Shown: positions 36,564 to 49,100 of the stretch, piece after piece | Layout of the letters: every line of letters starts with the position of its first letter | How positions within the stretch are numbered: position 1 is the first letter of the stretch | From: Gammaproteobacteria bacterium | GTDB lineage: Bacteria; Pseudomonadota; Gammaproteobacteria; JBCCGL01 | NCBI GenBank assembly: GCA_965277715.1 | Contig: OZ255836.1 | Location: forward strand, 4,064,001-4,128,000 | Length of the DNA stretch: 64,000 bases | Direction of reading: 5' to 3' | Notes under the pieces: generated by a model | Databases searched by the model: none | Told to the model about the DNA's origin: nothing | The model's input: only the letters and a program-made list of their open reading frames with translations | Position numbers and translations under genes: made by a program

Positions 36564-37118
36564 TTACGCGTGGCCAGCGACAGTCGATAGCTGCATGAGG
36601 TCGATACCCAGCGTTGCGGCGGCGGCGTTGAGTTTTTTTTCGCTGCCGACATTAAAAATAATTTCAGGGTTGGCCTGGCAGGTGAGCCACTGGTTTTGCT
36701 GGAGCTCGTGTTCGAGTTGCCCGGCTGTCCAGCCTGTGTAGCCGAGTACAACAATGGCCTGTTTGGGGCCACTGCCGTTTGCCAGTGACTCGAGTACTTC
36801 ACGTGAGCTGGTGAGGGTGACGCCTTTGCCTGTGCGGATTGAATTGCTCCAGGCAACATCGGATGAGTGCAATACGAAGCCGTGCTCTTGATCTACCGGC
36901 CCGCCCAGGTAAGCCGGGTGGTGGGCGATTTCGTGGTCGTTTGAGGCAATATTCATCTGTGCGAATATTTCACCGACAGTCAGGTTGATTTTACGGTTGA
37001 TTACTAACCCCATAGCGCCGTTTTGGCTATGCTCACAGATGTAGGTGAGTGAGTGTGCGAAAAAACTCGTCTCTGGCACGTGGGGCATCGACAGTAGGAA
37101 GTGGTGTTTAAGTTGCAT
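36564..37118 (-). CDS. algH: YqgE/AlgH-family protein
   Basis: HFLLSMP, YICEH..GAMGLVIN, GGPV...GFVLH, GYTGW..GQLE.E, GHA end. Confidence 0.92.
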   Translation of the reverse strand: MQLKHHFLLSMPHVPETSFFAHSLTYICEHSQNGAMGLVINRKINLTVGEIFAQMNIASNDHEIAHHPAYLGGPVDQEHGFVLHSSDVAWSNSIRTGKGVTLTSSREVLESLANGSGPKQAIVVLGYTGWTAGQLEHELQQNQWLTCQANPEIIFNVGSEKKLNAAAATLGIDLMQLSTVAGHA

Positions 37119-37159
37119 ACGCTTAGTTTAGCTGCCTTGAATGCCCGATGCACCCACAG

Positions 37160-38050
37160 TCAGTGTGTGGACAGGTGTTGTCGGCTGGAAAATTCCCAGG
37201 TGCGGGTGATATACAATACATCGATCTGCTCGGCGAGTTTGCCGGTCAGTGGGGCAAAGGGCGCTGACAGTTTGACGATATTGCGTGCCGCATCGTCGAG
37301 CAGTTGGTGGCCAGATGAATCTCGCAGGATCAGTTCATTGATAGAGCCGTTTTTATTGATGCCTACCACGAGAATCAGTGAGCCTGAGAGTTTGTCCCGG
37401 CGTGCAGCATCTGGGTAATTCAAGTTGCCGATGCGCTCTATTTTACGCACCCATTTATGCATATAAGCGGCGAAAAGTGCTTCTTTGGTGCGTGCGGTAA
37501 TAAATTTCTTTTTTGGTCGTTTGGCATATTGTTCCAGTTCCTGGCTAATTTCGGCGCTGAGCCGGGCGATTTCGAGGTTTTGTTCGTTGACCTGATCGCT
37601 GGCGTGCTTTTTTGGGGTATCAGCCTGTTGCGGTTTATCACTTTGTTGTACCGGTTGTTCAGCGGCAAGTTGCGTTAATAAGCGTTGTTGTGCCTCAGCT
37701 TGCTGGCGTGGCGAAGCGGCAACCAATGGAATGGGCGCAATGCCATCGCCAGTAATCTTCTCTGGTGTTGTGAAAGGTGTTTGTGGCCGATTGCGTTGAT
37801 CGCTCTGGCCACCGCCGTCCTGTGATACCTGTGCCAGGTAATCGGCTTCTTCAGGGGGCTGTGAATTTTGGTTCTGCACTAAAATAACATCCAGTAGTGG
37901 GGAGGGCTGAGGTTTATCGCTGATCGATTGAAACCCCACACCGAGGATGATAATGCCATGCAGTGCGGCAGCCATAAAGAGTGTCAGGCCAAGCCTGTCA
38001 TTGGTAGTGGTCAGGGGATAATTTGGCAGGGTGAGTGTGTGCTCAGGCAT
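37160..38050 (-). CDS. TonB-family protein (gshB-linked)
   Basis: N-terminal TM with ALH, ADYLAQ..Q.GGG, KIERIGNLNYP, SSG..LD.AA..IV...APF, ITRTW. Confidence 0.85.
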   Translation of the reverse strand: MPEHTLTLPNYPLTTTNDRLGLTLFMAAALHGIIILGVGFQSISDKPQPSPLLDVILVQNQNSQPPEEADYLAQVSQDGGGQSDQRNRPQTPFTTPEKITGDGIAPIPLVAASPRQQAEAQQRLLTQLAAEQPVQQSDKPQQADTPKKHASDQVNEQNLEIARLSAEISQELEQYAKRPKKKFITARTKEALFAAYMHKWVRKIERIGNLNYPDAARRDKLSGSLILVVGINKNGSINELILRDSSGHQLLDDAARNIVKLSAPFAPLTGKLAEQIDVLYITRTWEFSSRQHLSTH

Positions 38051-38090
38051 GGCGCGTGATTATAGCGTGCTTGTCTTTAATTAATCAGCT

Positions 38091-38187
38091 AAACCTATTG
38101 TGAACGTCTAATGCATTGAATATAAAGCGCTTTAGATTCTGTGCATTAGGTGGTCGCAGTAGATTCAACTGCGGAATTTAGGTTTAA
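38091..38187 (+). repeat. Dispersed repeat copy with short AAACCTA...TAGGTTT ends
   Basis: Right 37 bp identical to 22423-22459; inner CTAATGCA/TGCATTAG hairpin. Confidence 0.8.
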
Positions 38188-38259
38188 ATGTTCTCGCTAC
38201 AATTTGACTGATACTATATCGGGTGTGTGCCAGGTTCCTGCGCCAGTTGTCGGTTGTTT

Positions 38260-39234
38260 TCATTTTTGCCGACTATGTAGTTGCCGTTCAATGGCATCCA
38301 TCAGTTGCCCACCGATATTCAATGCGTGGGCCGCATCCAGCTCGCGAATACAGGTCGGGCTGGTGACGTTGATTTCAGTCAGGTAGTCGCCAATGACATC
38401 GATACCGACAAATAACAGTCCGCGAGCGCGCAGTGCGGGGGCAAGCTCGGCGCAAATCCAACGTTCGCGCTCACTCAACGGAACAGCGACGCCAGAACCA
38501 CCAACCGCCAGGTTACCACGGGTTTCACCTGCTGGCGGGATCCGCGCCAGTGCGTAGGGAACGGGTTCGCCATCAATCAATAGTATGCGTTTGTCGCCCG
38601 CAGTGATTTCAGGAATATAGGCTTGCGCCATCGTTTGGCGGAGGTTTTTACGTGTGAGTGTTTCCAATACTACATTGAGGTTTGGGTCGTCGCTGCGCAA
38701 CCGGAAGATGGATTCGCCACCCATACCATCGAGCGGTTTGACGATGACATCATGCTGCGCTAATACAAAGGCTTTCAGGCGCGCCTGGCTGCTGCTGACC
38801 AGTGTGGGTACACAGCACTGGGGAAACCAGGCTGTGCTGAGTTTTTCGTTGGCATCGCGCAGGCTGGCCGGTTTGTTGACAACGAGTGCGCCACGGGTTT
38901 CGGCCAGTTCGAGGATATACGTGGCATAGATATAGTCCATATCAAACGGTGGGTCTTTGCGCATCAAAATCACATCCAGGCTATGCAGTTCCCGCTCAAC
39001 GCCGACGCTGAGCTGGTGCCAGTCATCATCGCTATCCGCAACCTGCATCGCTTGTGTGTACGCCATTGCCACGCCATCGCTCAGGTATAGATCGGCTTGA
39101 GTCATATAGTGCAGTGCCCATCCTTTATGCTGCGCTGCGCGTAGCATCGCCACGCTGCTGTCTTTGTAGGCGCTGATGGTCTCGATTGGGTCCATTACGA
39201 TACCGAGTTGAACAGGGTTGAGTGATGCGGGCAT
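38260..39234 (-). CDS. gshB: Glutathione synthetase
   Basis: VMDPI, KDSS, MRKDPPFD, NEKL, KPLDGMGG, RGNLAVGG, EINVTSPT. Confidence 0.95.
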   Translation of the reverse strand: MPASLNPVQLGIVMDPIETISAYKDSSVAMLRAAQHKGWALHYMTQADLYLSDGVAMAYTQAMQVADSDDDWHQLSVGVERELHSLDVILMRKDPPFDMDYIYATYILELAETRGALVVNKPASLRDANEKLSTAWFPQCCVPTLVSSSQARLKAFVLAQHDVIVKPLDGMGGESIFRLRSDDPNLNVVLETLTRKNLRQTMAQAYIPEITAGDKRILLIDGEPVPYALARIPPAGETRGNLAVGGSGVAVPLSERERWICAELAPALRARGLLFVGIDVIGDYLTEINVTSPTCIRELDAAHALNIGGQLMDAIERQLHSRQK

Positions 39235-39461
39235 GGGGCCTCCAGTAAACGCTGTTGGGCAGCGGTGGTATCCTCGTACTTAGCCAAATTTAAATCAATG
39301 CCAAAATTTGCTGCGTTCTTCCATATTAGTATATGTGTCAGCGCTGGGATAGATTACAATGCAGAAGAGTGCTGCACTGCAAAGCTCACTAAATTTGTGG
39401 CTAAGTGGCATATCTACGTGTAGGTGCCCGTGGTTAAATAATTGGACTGATTGCTTTAGAT

Positions 39462-39869
39462 ATGAGTGAGAATATCGATACTGTAGAAAGTAAAAGCGCG
39501 TTTGCCGATTTGACTGTAATGGTTATTGACGACAGTAAAACGATTCGTCGCTCGGCAGAAAACCTGCTAACCCGCGAGGGTTGCACCGTGATTACCGCTG
39601 AAGATGGTTTTGAGGCGCTGGCAAAAATTGCCGAGCACAAACCGGATATTATCTTTGTCGATGTCATGATGCCCCGTCTCGATGGTTACCAGACCTGCGC
39701 GTTGATTAAGCACAACAGTACCTTTCGCAGCACGCCCGTTATTATGTTGTCCAGTAAGGATAGTATTTTTGATAAGGCACGCGGTAAGATTGTCGGCTCG
39801 GAGCGTTATCTCACCAAGCCGTTTACCCGGGATGATCTCCTTGGGGCGATCAAAACCTACGTTAGCTGA
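39462..39869 (+). CDS. pilG: Twitching response regulator PilG
   Basis: VMVIDDSKTIRRSAE, DVMMPRLDGYQTCALIK, LSSKD..FD.ARG. Confidence 0.95.
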   Translation: MSENIDTVESKSAFADLTVMVIDDSKTIRRSAENLLTREGCTVITAEDGFEALAKIAEHKPDIIFVDVMMPRLDGYQTCALIKHNSTFRSTPVIMLSSKDSIFDKARGKIVGSERYLTKPFTRDDLLGAIKTYVS

Positions 39870-39964
39870 TGTTGTCGGCTGGCCTTGTGAACCCGTGAGG
39901 TGCCTGCCCTGGTTTCACTGGATATAATTATTATAATGATGCAATTAATCTGGAGCTTAACTCA

Positions 39965-40330
39965 ATGACCACTGTTCTTGTCGTCGATGATTCGCCCACC
40001 GAAGTGCATGTTTTTCGGTCTACGCTTGAGAAACATGGTTATAGAGTGGAAGTGGCGACTACGGGTGAAGAGGGTTTAAAGTCGGCCAAACATTTCAAAC
40101 CGGATGTCATCCTGATGGATGTGGTGATGCCAGGTATCAATGGTTTTCAGGCTACCCGTCAGTTGAGCAAATACCCCAGTACCAGTGAAATCCCGATTAT
40201 TCTGGTGACCACAAAAGATCAGGAAACTGACCGGGTGTGGGGTATGCGCCAGGGTGCCAGCGACTATCTGGTCAAGCCTGTACGGGAAAAAGAGCTGCTC
40301 AGCACCCTGCAATCGGTGCTGGTTGAATAG
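39965..40330 (+). CDS. pilH: Twitching response regulator PilH
   Basis: VDDSPTE, MDVVMPGINGFQATRQL, TTKDQETDRVWGMRQGA. Confidence 0.95.
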   Translation: MTTVLVVDDSPTEVHVFRSTLEKHGYRVEVATTGEEGLKSAKHFKPDVILMDVVMPGINGFQATRQLSKYPSTSEIPIILVTTKDQETDRVWGMRQGASDYLVKPVREKELLSTLQSVLVE

Positions 40331-40353
40331 CGGCCAGCCTGTGTAACTGCGTT

Positions 40354-40896
40354 ATGCCCGCCAGTCAATCCCCGTTCGGCCTTCTGTTATCTTACCAGCA
40401 ACGCGCTCTGGCGATTCGTGCAGATATTCCCCAGGAAAACAGTGAGCGTGAGGTGTGGTCGGGTTTGGCGTTTCGCTTGGGGGAGCAGGTTTTATTGGCA
40501 CCAATGGTAGAGGTTGAAGAGATTGTCGACGCGCCTGTCTGTACACGGGTACCCAATACCCAGCCCTGGTTTTTAGGCATTGGGAATGTTAGGGGCAATT
40601 TGGTTGCGGTAAGTGATTTGTACGCATTTGCCTATCGGGCGGGTATGCTGGACAGGCGCGAATCACGCGTGCTTATCTGTAGTAGTGGCGATTCGACCAT
40701 TGGCATTGTCGTCGACGAGATATTGGGTTTGCGGCGGTTTTTTGTTGATGAAAAAGTGCGCTATAAAGGCGGGGTGTCTGAGGTTTTGCTGCCCTTTATC
40801 AAGAGCGCATTCGAACGTGAGCAACAAATCTATCCGCTGTTTCAGTTACAGCAGTTTATAAACAGTAGTAATTTTTTACGGGTTGAGAAAGCATAA
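40354..40896 (+). CDS. pilI: CheW-like PilI
   Basis: WSGLAFRLG, TRVPNTQPWFLGIGNVRG, VDEILG.RRF. Confidence 0.9.
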   Translation: MPASQSPFGLLLSYQQRALAIRADIPQENSEREVWSGLAFRLGEQVLLAPMVEVEEIVDAPVCTRVPNTQPWFLGIGNVRGNLVAVSDLYAFAYRAGMLDRRESRVLICSSGDSTIGIVVDEILGLRRFFVDEKVRYKGGVSEVLLPFIKSAFEREQQIYPLFQLQQFINSSNFLRVEKA

Positions 40897-40975
40897 TGGG
40901 TGATTTTGTCTTGGCTTCAGTCAATGTTAAGGCGTCGCTGGGGTCAGCCCGGCGCAATGAGTGGGGAAAGCCACT

Positions 40976-43063
40976 ATGAAAGCACCTGTCGACCGATTTT
41001 CTTTTTTCAGACTGGAGTCAGGCAAGCTGATTGTCGCACTGGTTGTCGCGTTACTGATTGGCCTGATAGCCGTGGCAGGGAGTTTTATTTATACCACTTA
41101 TCAAAGCCGCAATAACAATGCATACCAGTCCCTGGTGGGTGAACAACAACTGCTCTCCCAGCGTATTTCCACCAACGCATTGGAAGCGTCACGGGGTATG
41201 GCGGCACCGGGGGCACGGCTCAACAATTTTATTTCCCGTTTTGACGAGACTTTGCGGGTTTTTCGCAATGGTGATCTCGGCAGCGATCTACCACCTATAG
41301 GGACTAACCTGCGCGAGCCACTGGCAGCACTCGAACGCGAGTGGCGCAATAGCCGGGAGTTGCTGGCATTGATCAGTAATGGTTTGCCGACTATCAGATC
41401 GATAAGCGAGCTGGGTGCCAGCGCCGATCAGCGCATACCGCGCCTGATTGAGGAGTCAAACCAGGTTATTTCACTGCTTATCAAAAATGGTGCATCACGA
41501 CAGTTGGTTGCCATTGCCAGTTACCAGTTGACGTTGATTCAGCGTATGTCACATAGCATTTCCGTGATTATATCTGGCGGCAGTGACACGCTTAATGCCA
41601 GCGAGCAACTGCAGCAGGATTTGGTTGAGTTTGGTGAGGTTATCAATGGCATGTTGGGGCTTGGTGCCAACCCTCTGCAGATTACGCCGGTGACCGACCC
41701 TAAAGTAATCGATGGGTTGCAGCGTACCCAGGAACTCTATGAAGTGTTTGCCCGGGGGGTAGATGAAATTAACCGCCTGGCACCAGGTATGTCTGAGGTT
41801 GGCGATGCGGCACACGCGGTTGCTGAACAGGGAACGTTGCTGTTGTCGTCGACGACTACCTTGCGTGAAGCATTGAACCACAGCACAGCGGGGCTTGGCC
41901 TGATTTATCTGGTGGGTGCTGGCGGTGTTGCCCTTGTTATTTTGTCGTTGATTGCATTAGCGTATGTTTATTGGCTCGATTCTGAGCGCCGTATTCAGGC
42001 TACCAGTGAACAGAATCGCCGTAATCAACGGGCAATTTTGCGGCTGCTTGATGAAATGACCAACCTGGCAGATGGCGATTTATCTGCACACGCAACGGTA
42101 AGCGAGGACATCACCGGTGCGATAGCAGACTCGGTTAACTACGCTATTGATGCCTTGCGGAGCCTGGTTGCAACGATTAACCATACATCGGTGCAGGTTT
42201 CCAGCGCGGCTGACCGCACACAATCCACAGCGGCGCGGCTGGCTGATGCAAGTAATCTACAAACCCGCCAGATCACCTCTACCAGTTCGTCGATAAATGA
42301 AATGGCAGAAACGATGACACGCATGTCTGAAAGTGCGGCTGACTCACAAAGTGTCGCGTTGAATTCAGTGGCTATCGCAAATAAAGGGGCGGAAACTGTG
42401 CGTCGCAATATTCAGGCGATGGACAGTATTCGCGAACAAATCCAGGAGACCTCCAAGCGCATCAAGCGACTGGGCGAATCGTCACAGGAAATTGGTGACA
42501 TTATTGGGTTGATTAACGAAATTGCTGACCGAACTAATATTCTGGCGCTGAATGCCGCTATTCAGGCTTCTACTGCGGGTGAGGCAGGTCGTGGGTTTGC
42601 GGTGGTTGCCGATGAAGTACAGCGTTTGGCCGAGCGCGCCGGTGATGCTACCAAACAGGTTGAGGCGTTGGTCAAGGCGATTCAGGTTGATACCGGTGAA
42701 GCGGTTGCGTCAATGGAGCAAAGTACGAGCGGTGTGGTAAGTGGGGCGCGTTTGGCCGAGGATGCGGGCAGTGCGCTGACAGAGGTGGAAACGGTGTCTC
42801 AACAATTGGCCGCCCTGATTCAGGATATTTCCAGAGAAGCGAGCCAGCAGGCAGATATTGCAACAACACTCTCCAGTAATATGAGTGTATTGCGTGAAAT
42901 TACGGTACAGACGTCGAGCGGTACCACCGAAACAGCTAACTCAATTGGAAAATTGACGGCATTGTCAAATGAGCTGCGGGAATCTGTAGCCGGTTTTCGA
43001 CTGCCGGACGAAGAAGAAAATATGTTGGACAGTATTGTTATGCCGGTGAACCTGGATGAATAA
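40976..43063 (+). CDS. pilJ: Methyl-accepting chemotaxis protein PilJ
   Basis: Two TMs, [40 protein letters not shown]. Confidence 0.93.
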   Translation: MKAPVDRFSFFRLESGKLIVALVVALLIGLIAVAGSFIYTTYQSRNNNAYQSLVGEQQLLSQRISTNALEASRGMAAPGARLNNFISRFDETLRVFRNGDLGSDLPPIGTNLREPLAALEREWRNSRELLALISNGLPTIRSISELGASADQRIPRLIEESNQVISLLIKNGASRQLVAIASYQLTLIQRMSHSISVIISGGSDTLNASEQLQQDLVEFGEVINGMLGLGANPLQITPVTDPKVIDGLQRTQELYEVFARGVDEINRLAPGMSEVGDAAHAVAEQGTLLLSSTTTLREALNHSTAGLGLIYLVGAGGVALVILSLIALAYVYWLDSERRIQATSEQNRRNQRAILRLLDEMTNLADGDLSAHATVSEDITGAIADSVNYAIDALRSLVATINHTSVQVSSAADRTQSTAARLADASNLQTRQITSTSSSINEMAETMTRMSESAADSQSVALNSVAIANKGAETVRRNIQAMDSIREQIQETSKRIKRLGESSQEIGDIIGLINEIADRTNILALNAAIQASTAGEAGRGFAVVADEVQRLAERAGDATKQVEALVKAIQVDTGEAVASMEQSTSGVVSGARLAEDAGSALTEVETVSQQLAALIQDISREASQQADIATTLSSNMSVLREITVQTSSGTTETANSIGKLTALSNELRESVAGFRLPDEEENMLDSIVMPVNLDE

Positions 43064-43125
43064 TGCTATCGCCAGGCATTGTAGTTTAAGCAGGTTGTGA
43101 GGCGTCATCTGCTGGTTATGCGCAA

Positions 43126-46100
43126 TTGATGAATACCAAATCGAATGTTGATCTCTCTTCAATAAAATGGGTGCTCAGGCAGCTGGTGCCGATTTTGGGC
43201 GAAGTTCAGCGTGCTATCGTCAATTATGTTGAAGTAGTTGATCAGGTAAATGCTCAGGCAGATTTACAGGCAAACTCAGTGGAGAGCATTGTCGACATGC
43301 TGCGCAAGGTTCACGGCATTGTGCATATGCTTGAACTTCATGGTGCCGCCAGGCTGACCGAAGAAATGGAATTTATGGCACTTGCTTTGCGCGACAATGT
43401 GCCTGAAGACCGCGAATCTGCATTAGAAATATGGATGCGTGCGGCGCTGCAACTGCCCGATTATCTGGATCGTATTAAAGCGGGCAGCCCTGACGTACCC
43501 CTGGTCTTACTGACTTTACTGAATGATTTACGCGCTGCCCGTGGCGTAACCCCGCTACCTGAAGTCGACCTGTTTATACCCGACCTATCGCCTATTCCCG
43601 ACTTATCCACTGTTGAAATCAATGAAATTGCTCAAAGTGAGCAACTACTGACAGAAACCGTAAATGGTTTACGCCGACGTTTTATGCGTGCCTTACTGGA
43701 CTGGTATCGCGATGAACAAAATATCGAACCACTTGGGCGTATGTCGCGGTTTATATTTGAAATTGAACAGGTAGTACGCAGTCAAAGTGTGCGAAAAGTC
43801 TGGTTGGTTTGTCGTGCAATGGTGGATTCGCTCTATCACAAAGGCTTAAGCCCCAACGCTAACATTAAACAGTTGCTTGGGCAGATTGAACGCACGATGA
43901 AGGATTTGTTGGATTGGGGCGAGATTGCCTTTGCGCGTACACAACCAGAGGGGTTATTGACAAACCTGCTCTACCTTATCGCCCGTTCCGATGCACAAAG
44001 CCCACTGATTAACGAAATCAAGCGTGAATACCGCCTGGCGGAATTGTTGCCACATCAGGATAAACTGGTGCGTGCACGGCGTATTTTACAGGGGCCAAGT
44101 ATCGAGCTATTGCAGGTGACCAACCAGGGTGTGCGCGATGATATTTCCACGATCAAAGATATCATCGAAGTCTATGTACACGCTGATAACCGTGAACTGG
44201 CTATGCTCGATCCTATCAGTGGTTTGCTGCGCCGTGTCAGCGATACATTGTCGATGCTGGGCATCGATAAAGCCTATCGCTTATTACAACCACGGCAACA
44301 GAGTCTTCGCGAAATTATCGACCACCACGGTGATCCAGGCAGTGAACGTTTATTTGACATTGCCACGGTGCTACTTAGGATCGAGGGTATGCTCGACAGT
44401 CACATCAGTGACCAGGTTGGCCTATTGGGGCCGGAAATAGCGCCTACAGTTGCCACTAAGACCGGTAACCCGACCCTGAAAGATTTGCCCGAACGCGAAT
44501 ACCAGGCACTGATACAGTCGGTTGTTAAAGAGTCATTGCGTGCATTTGCGCGCATACGCGAAGCACTGATCGACTATGCAGACCAATCTGAAAATGCACA
44601 TAAAATAAAACATGTGCCTGGTTTGCTTAATGAGATCACCGGTGTATTCCATATTATGTCGGATAATCGGGTATCGTCCATGTTGGCGGATTTATCCTCT
44701 GCGATTCAGTCTAAATATGTCGATGGGGGCGTGATTCCCGGTCTTGCGGAACAGGAAAAAGTGGCTGATACCATTGCGGGTATTGAATACTATTTTGAAT
44801 CGATACTCGAAAATGATGAGGTGCATGAGTACGATGCGGTACTTGGTATGATTCGTTTGGCACTGGATCAATTGATGGCAAGTAACGTCGATGATGCCGG
44901 TGAACAGGTCGCTACAGAACAACAGGCTGACACAGGTGACACCGATAGCCTTGTCAGTGAGCACAATAGGGATGATGCATTAGCAGATAGTGATAATGCC
45001 ACTGACAATAACGCAACTACACGGCCTCAACATACCGATCCACTTATTTCGGGTGACGTTTCTGTCGCTGCAGAACCAATACCACAAACCGCCTTAAAGA
45101 TAATCAGCGAAGATCTGGATGAGGAAATCCTTGAGATATTTATTGCCGAGGCACTCGACGAAATGGGTGTTATCAACGAATGCCTGCCGAAATGGAAAGC
45201 CGATAGTACGGATGAGGCGTCATTAACGCGTATCCGGCGCTCTTTCCATACACTCAAAGGCAGTGGTCGGCTTGTCGGTGCGCAGATCATTGGTGAATTT
45301 GCCTGGAGCAACGAAAACCTGCTGAATTATGTCTTGCGTGGTGACCTGCAAGCCAATGACAAGCTATTTGAGTTACTTAACGAATCCGTTAGCGTATTGC
45401 CGCAATTAATTGCCCAACTTCGTGGCCAGGATAGCCAGGTGGAATATGCCGGGCTAATCGATAGCATCAACGCACTGACGCAGCAGAGCATTAACCGGCA
45501 GGGAGTACTGCCGACGTCTCATACAAAACCGGACCCGGTATCACCTAAAGACCCTGGATCGGAATTGGGCTTAGGGGGTGTCGAACTAGAGGGCATCGAT
45601 TCAAATCCAAACCTGACTGATGAGACCTCCTCCGCAAAAGACAACACGATAGAAGCGTTCACCGATACTGAGTTGCCAGGTATCTCACTGTTTGGTTTTG
45701 ATGAGGGTGGGTTGGGCGTAAACGACTTCATCGAGATTGCTGCGCCTGAACCAGAGGCACCTGATTTAGGTGCCTCTGAACCGACTATACCTGTGTTGGC
45801 CCTGTCTGAATTGTCTATATCCGAATCGGATGATGCGGATATGGATACCGACAGAACCGAAGATGCCCGCGATAAATCGGTTGAGATACCTGCGGCGATT
45901 GATACGTCAATCGACCACGGTATCGACCCTGTATTACTGGATATTTTTTCTAAGGAAGCGCGGGTGCACCTGGATACACTGGAAGACATCTTTCAACAAT
46001 CCCGCGAGCTGAGCGGCATTATTCAACCAAGTGATAAGTTAATCCGTGCTTTACATACCTTAAATGGCAGTGCACAGACCACGCAGGTTTACCAGATTTC

Positions 46101-49100
46101 CCGGCTGAGCGGGCCTCTTGAGCGGGTAGCTAAATACAAACTTGAGTTGGGGCAGGCATTCAGCGTCGGGGAAAGTGGTTTATTAAAACAGTCTATTGAT
46201 GCTGTATCCGCGACCCTTGATGCACTATTGGGCGCCTGGAAAATACCTGAATCGGTCGGTGTGATGGCGCAGCGTGTCGAGGCCTACGCCACTGAAATAC
46301 TCGCTGAAATAGAGACCCAGACAAGTAATCGAGGTGATCAGGAGCTGCGCAAAATCTTTATTGAGGAAGCGGAGGAATTGGTCGATGAGAGCGAGAAAAT
46401 TATTATCCGGTGGCGTGCAGCGCCAGAGGATCATCAGCCTATCGCCGACATTAAGCGCCAGCTTCACACCCTGAAAGGGGGCGCTCGTATGGCGGGTTAT
46501 GCCTCAATGGCAGACCTGACTCATGCATTGGAATCATCGGTTATTGCCCGTGAAGTCCAGGGTATAACGCCTTCGGACCGCTATTTTGATTTGCTCCAGG
46601 AAACCATTGATGCGCTGGTCGTTAATATTGAGCAGGCAAAGAATGACCAGGAGATCGGGCATTTTGATTGGATTATCAGTAACCTGAATATGGGTATAGA
46701 TGAGCGGGAACTCGTTGACTTACCTGGGGCGTCCACACCGGCTGAAGCGGCAGTGGCAACAGAAAATGAACATGCCGACGACCTCTCCGCACTTATTCTG
46801 GAAATGGAACAGAGCGAAGCGGAAACGACACCGCCAACGTTTACTCTGGAGGAAGATGCAGCAGAAGAGACGTATGTTGGCGCTGAACCCGCTACTCTTC
46901 AGGCAATGGAGCAGCGCGAACAGGTGACCGACCTGTCAATGCCTGCATTAGAAGAGGAAGAGGTGCCAGAGGAGGCCGGGTTGCCAGCCCTGACATTGGA
47001 AGAGGAGGTGGCACCAGCGGATGGCGACGCTGAAATTGTACACTATGAACCTGAACCGGCGCCCGGCCATGATGAACCTGTCGATGAATTGACGGCGCGC
47101 TCACCTCAACTACCGACTGACACAGGGGGTGCGGAATACGCTGCTCAACCGCTGTCTGTATCGATTAAACCTGACGATGCTGTCTCGCAACAAGCAACGT
47201 TGGTCGGGCAGGGCATGACAATGGATGCGGCACCGGTTGTTGTAACAGAGGAGGAGAAAGAGGCGGCGCATCCGCTAACAGAACCGCCTCGTGAAGACAT
47301 CGATGCGCTTGCGGTGGCGGAACCTGAAATGCCGGTTATCCCCCCTATCGTGAGTCCAGTAGCATCAAAATCGTCATCGGAATCGATTGGTGAAGCGCTT
47401 AAAGATCACATTGACGCACCGCCTACTGCCCGCCGTCTCCCAGACAAACCCAGTGATCAGGTTCGCGTGCGTTCTGAACTACTGGATAACCTGGTTAACA
47501 ATGCCGGTGAAGTGAGTATCTATCATTCGCGCTTTGGCCAGCAAATAGGTGATATGCGTTTTAACCTGAATGAATTGGAGCAAACGGTTGTGCGTTTGCG
47601 TGGGCAATTGCGTTCAATGGATCGGGAAACCGAAGCGCAAATACTGTATGGCTACGATAAGCAAAACGAGCAGAGCGACCGTGAATTTGACCCATTGGAA
47701 CTGGACCGTTATTCGCGCCTTCAGGAACTGTCGCGGGCCTTGCAGGAGAGTGTCTCAGACCTGGAAAACATTCAGGATACCTTAACCAACCTGACCCGTG
47801 ATTCTGAAACCCTATTGATGCAGCAATCGCGTGTTAGCACCGAGCTGCAAGAGGGGTTGATGCGCACCCGCATGGTGCGATTCGATGGTATCGAATCCAG
47901 GTTTTCACGCATCGTGCGGCAAACCGCACAGTCCTTAAATAAAAAGGTTGCATTGGCTATCGCGGGCGGTGAAAACGAAATTGACCGTGGTGTTCAGGAA
48001 CGCATGATTGCGCCGCTTGAGCACGTTTTGCGAAACGCAGTGGCACACGGCATTGAAATGCCATCTGTGCGTGAGGCGGCAGACAAGCCGACTACAGGCA
48101 AGGTCATGATACGGCTGGCGCTGGACGGTGGTGATATTTTGATCCGTGTAGTCGATGATGGTGCGGGGATCGACCTTGAATCTGTGCGCCGTGCGGCGAT
48201 TGAACGCAATATGATTGACGAAAACGCACAGCTTAACGAGCAAGAAGTACTGCACCTGTTGCTGGAACCAGGGTTCAGTACTGCCCGGGAAGTGACACAA
48301 ATTGCCGGGCGTGGTGTTGGTCTCGATGTCGTCGCCCGTGAGATAACACACCTGGGCGGATCGCTGTCGCTGGAAACAGAAGTGGGTGTTGGCACATTGT
48401 TCGTCATGCGTTTGCCGCAAACACTTGCCATCAGCCAGGCATTACTGGTGGAGGCAGCAGGTGAAACCTATGCGCTACCCATTAACAGTGTGCGCGGTGT
48501 TAGTCGAATCAGTTTCGCTGAGCTTGAGCAGCATTATGCAAACCCCGAAAAGAAATACCTGTACGCAGATGAAGCTTATCAGCCGGTTCGGTTAACCAGC
48601 CTGCTAAATGCAGAGCCTGTTCGGATAAAGTCCGCTGCTGATGAGCAAATACCGTTACTGATGGTACGTTCTGGTGAGGTGCGGGTTGCGGTGCAGATTG
48701 ATGATCTGATCGGTCGGCGTGAAATTGTTATCAAGAGTGCCGGTCAGCAACTGAGTATGTTGCGTGGAATCGCTGGTGCCACCTTGTTAAGCGATGGCAA
48801 AGTGGCACTGGTGCTGGATATTGGTGGTTTATTGCAAACGATGGAAGGCGGCAATGTGACGCGGGAACTGGCCAGCCTAGGCACCACCCCGGTAGCCGAC
48901 GTCAATGCCTCTCCAACTGCCCTGACGATTATGGTGGTGGATGATTCGGTCACCATCCGCAATGTGACTGCGCGCATGTTGGAGCGCTATAATTTAGAGG
49001 TGGTAACGGCTAAAGACGGTGTCGATGCGGTTTCACAGCTTCAGAAGCAAAAACCGGACCTGATATTGCTCGATATCGAAATGCCGCGGATGGATGGTTT

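Noticed and set aside
36548-36859. N-terminal 104 aa of the 393-aa ORF
   Set aside because: Overlaps algH in another frame; nucleosidase similarity begins only after GTG 36547.
9583-38187. 37-bp hairpin repeat as CRISPR repeats
   Set aside because: Copies are isolated and kilobases apart.
22278-38386. ORFs 22278-22544 and 38150-38386 sharing MVAVDSTAEFRF
   Set aside because: Translation of the dispersed DNA repeat, not a protein family.
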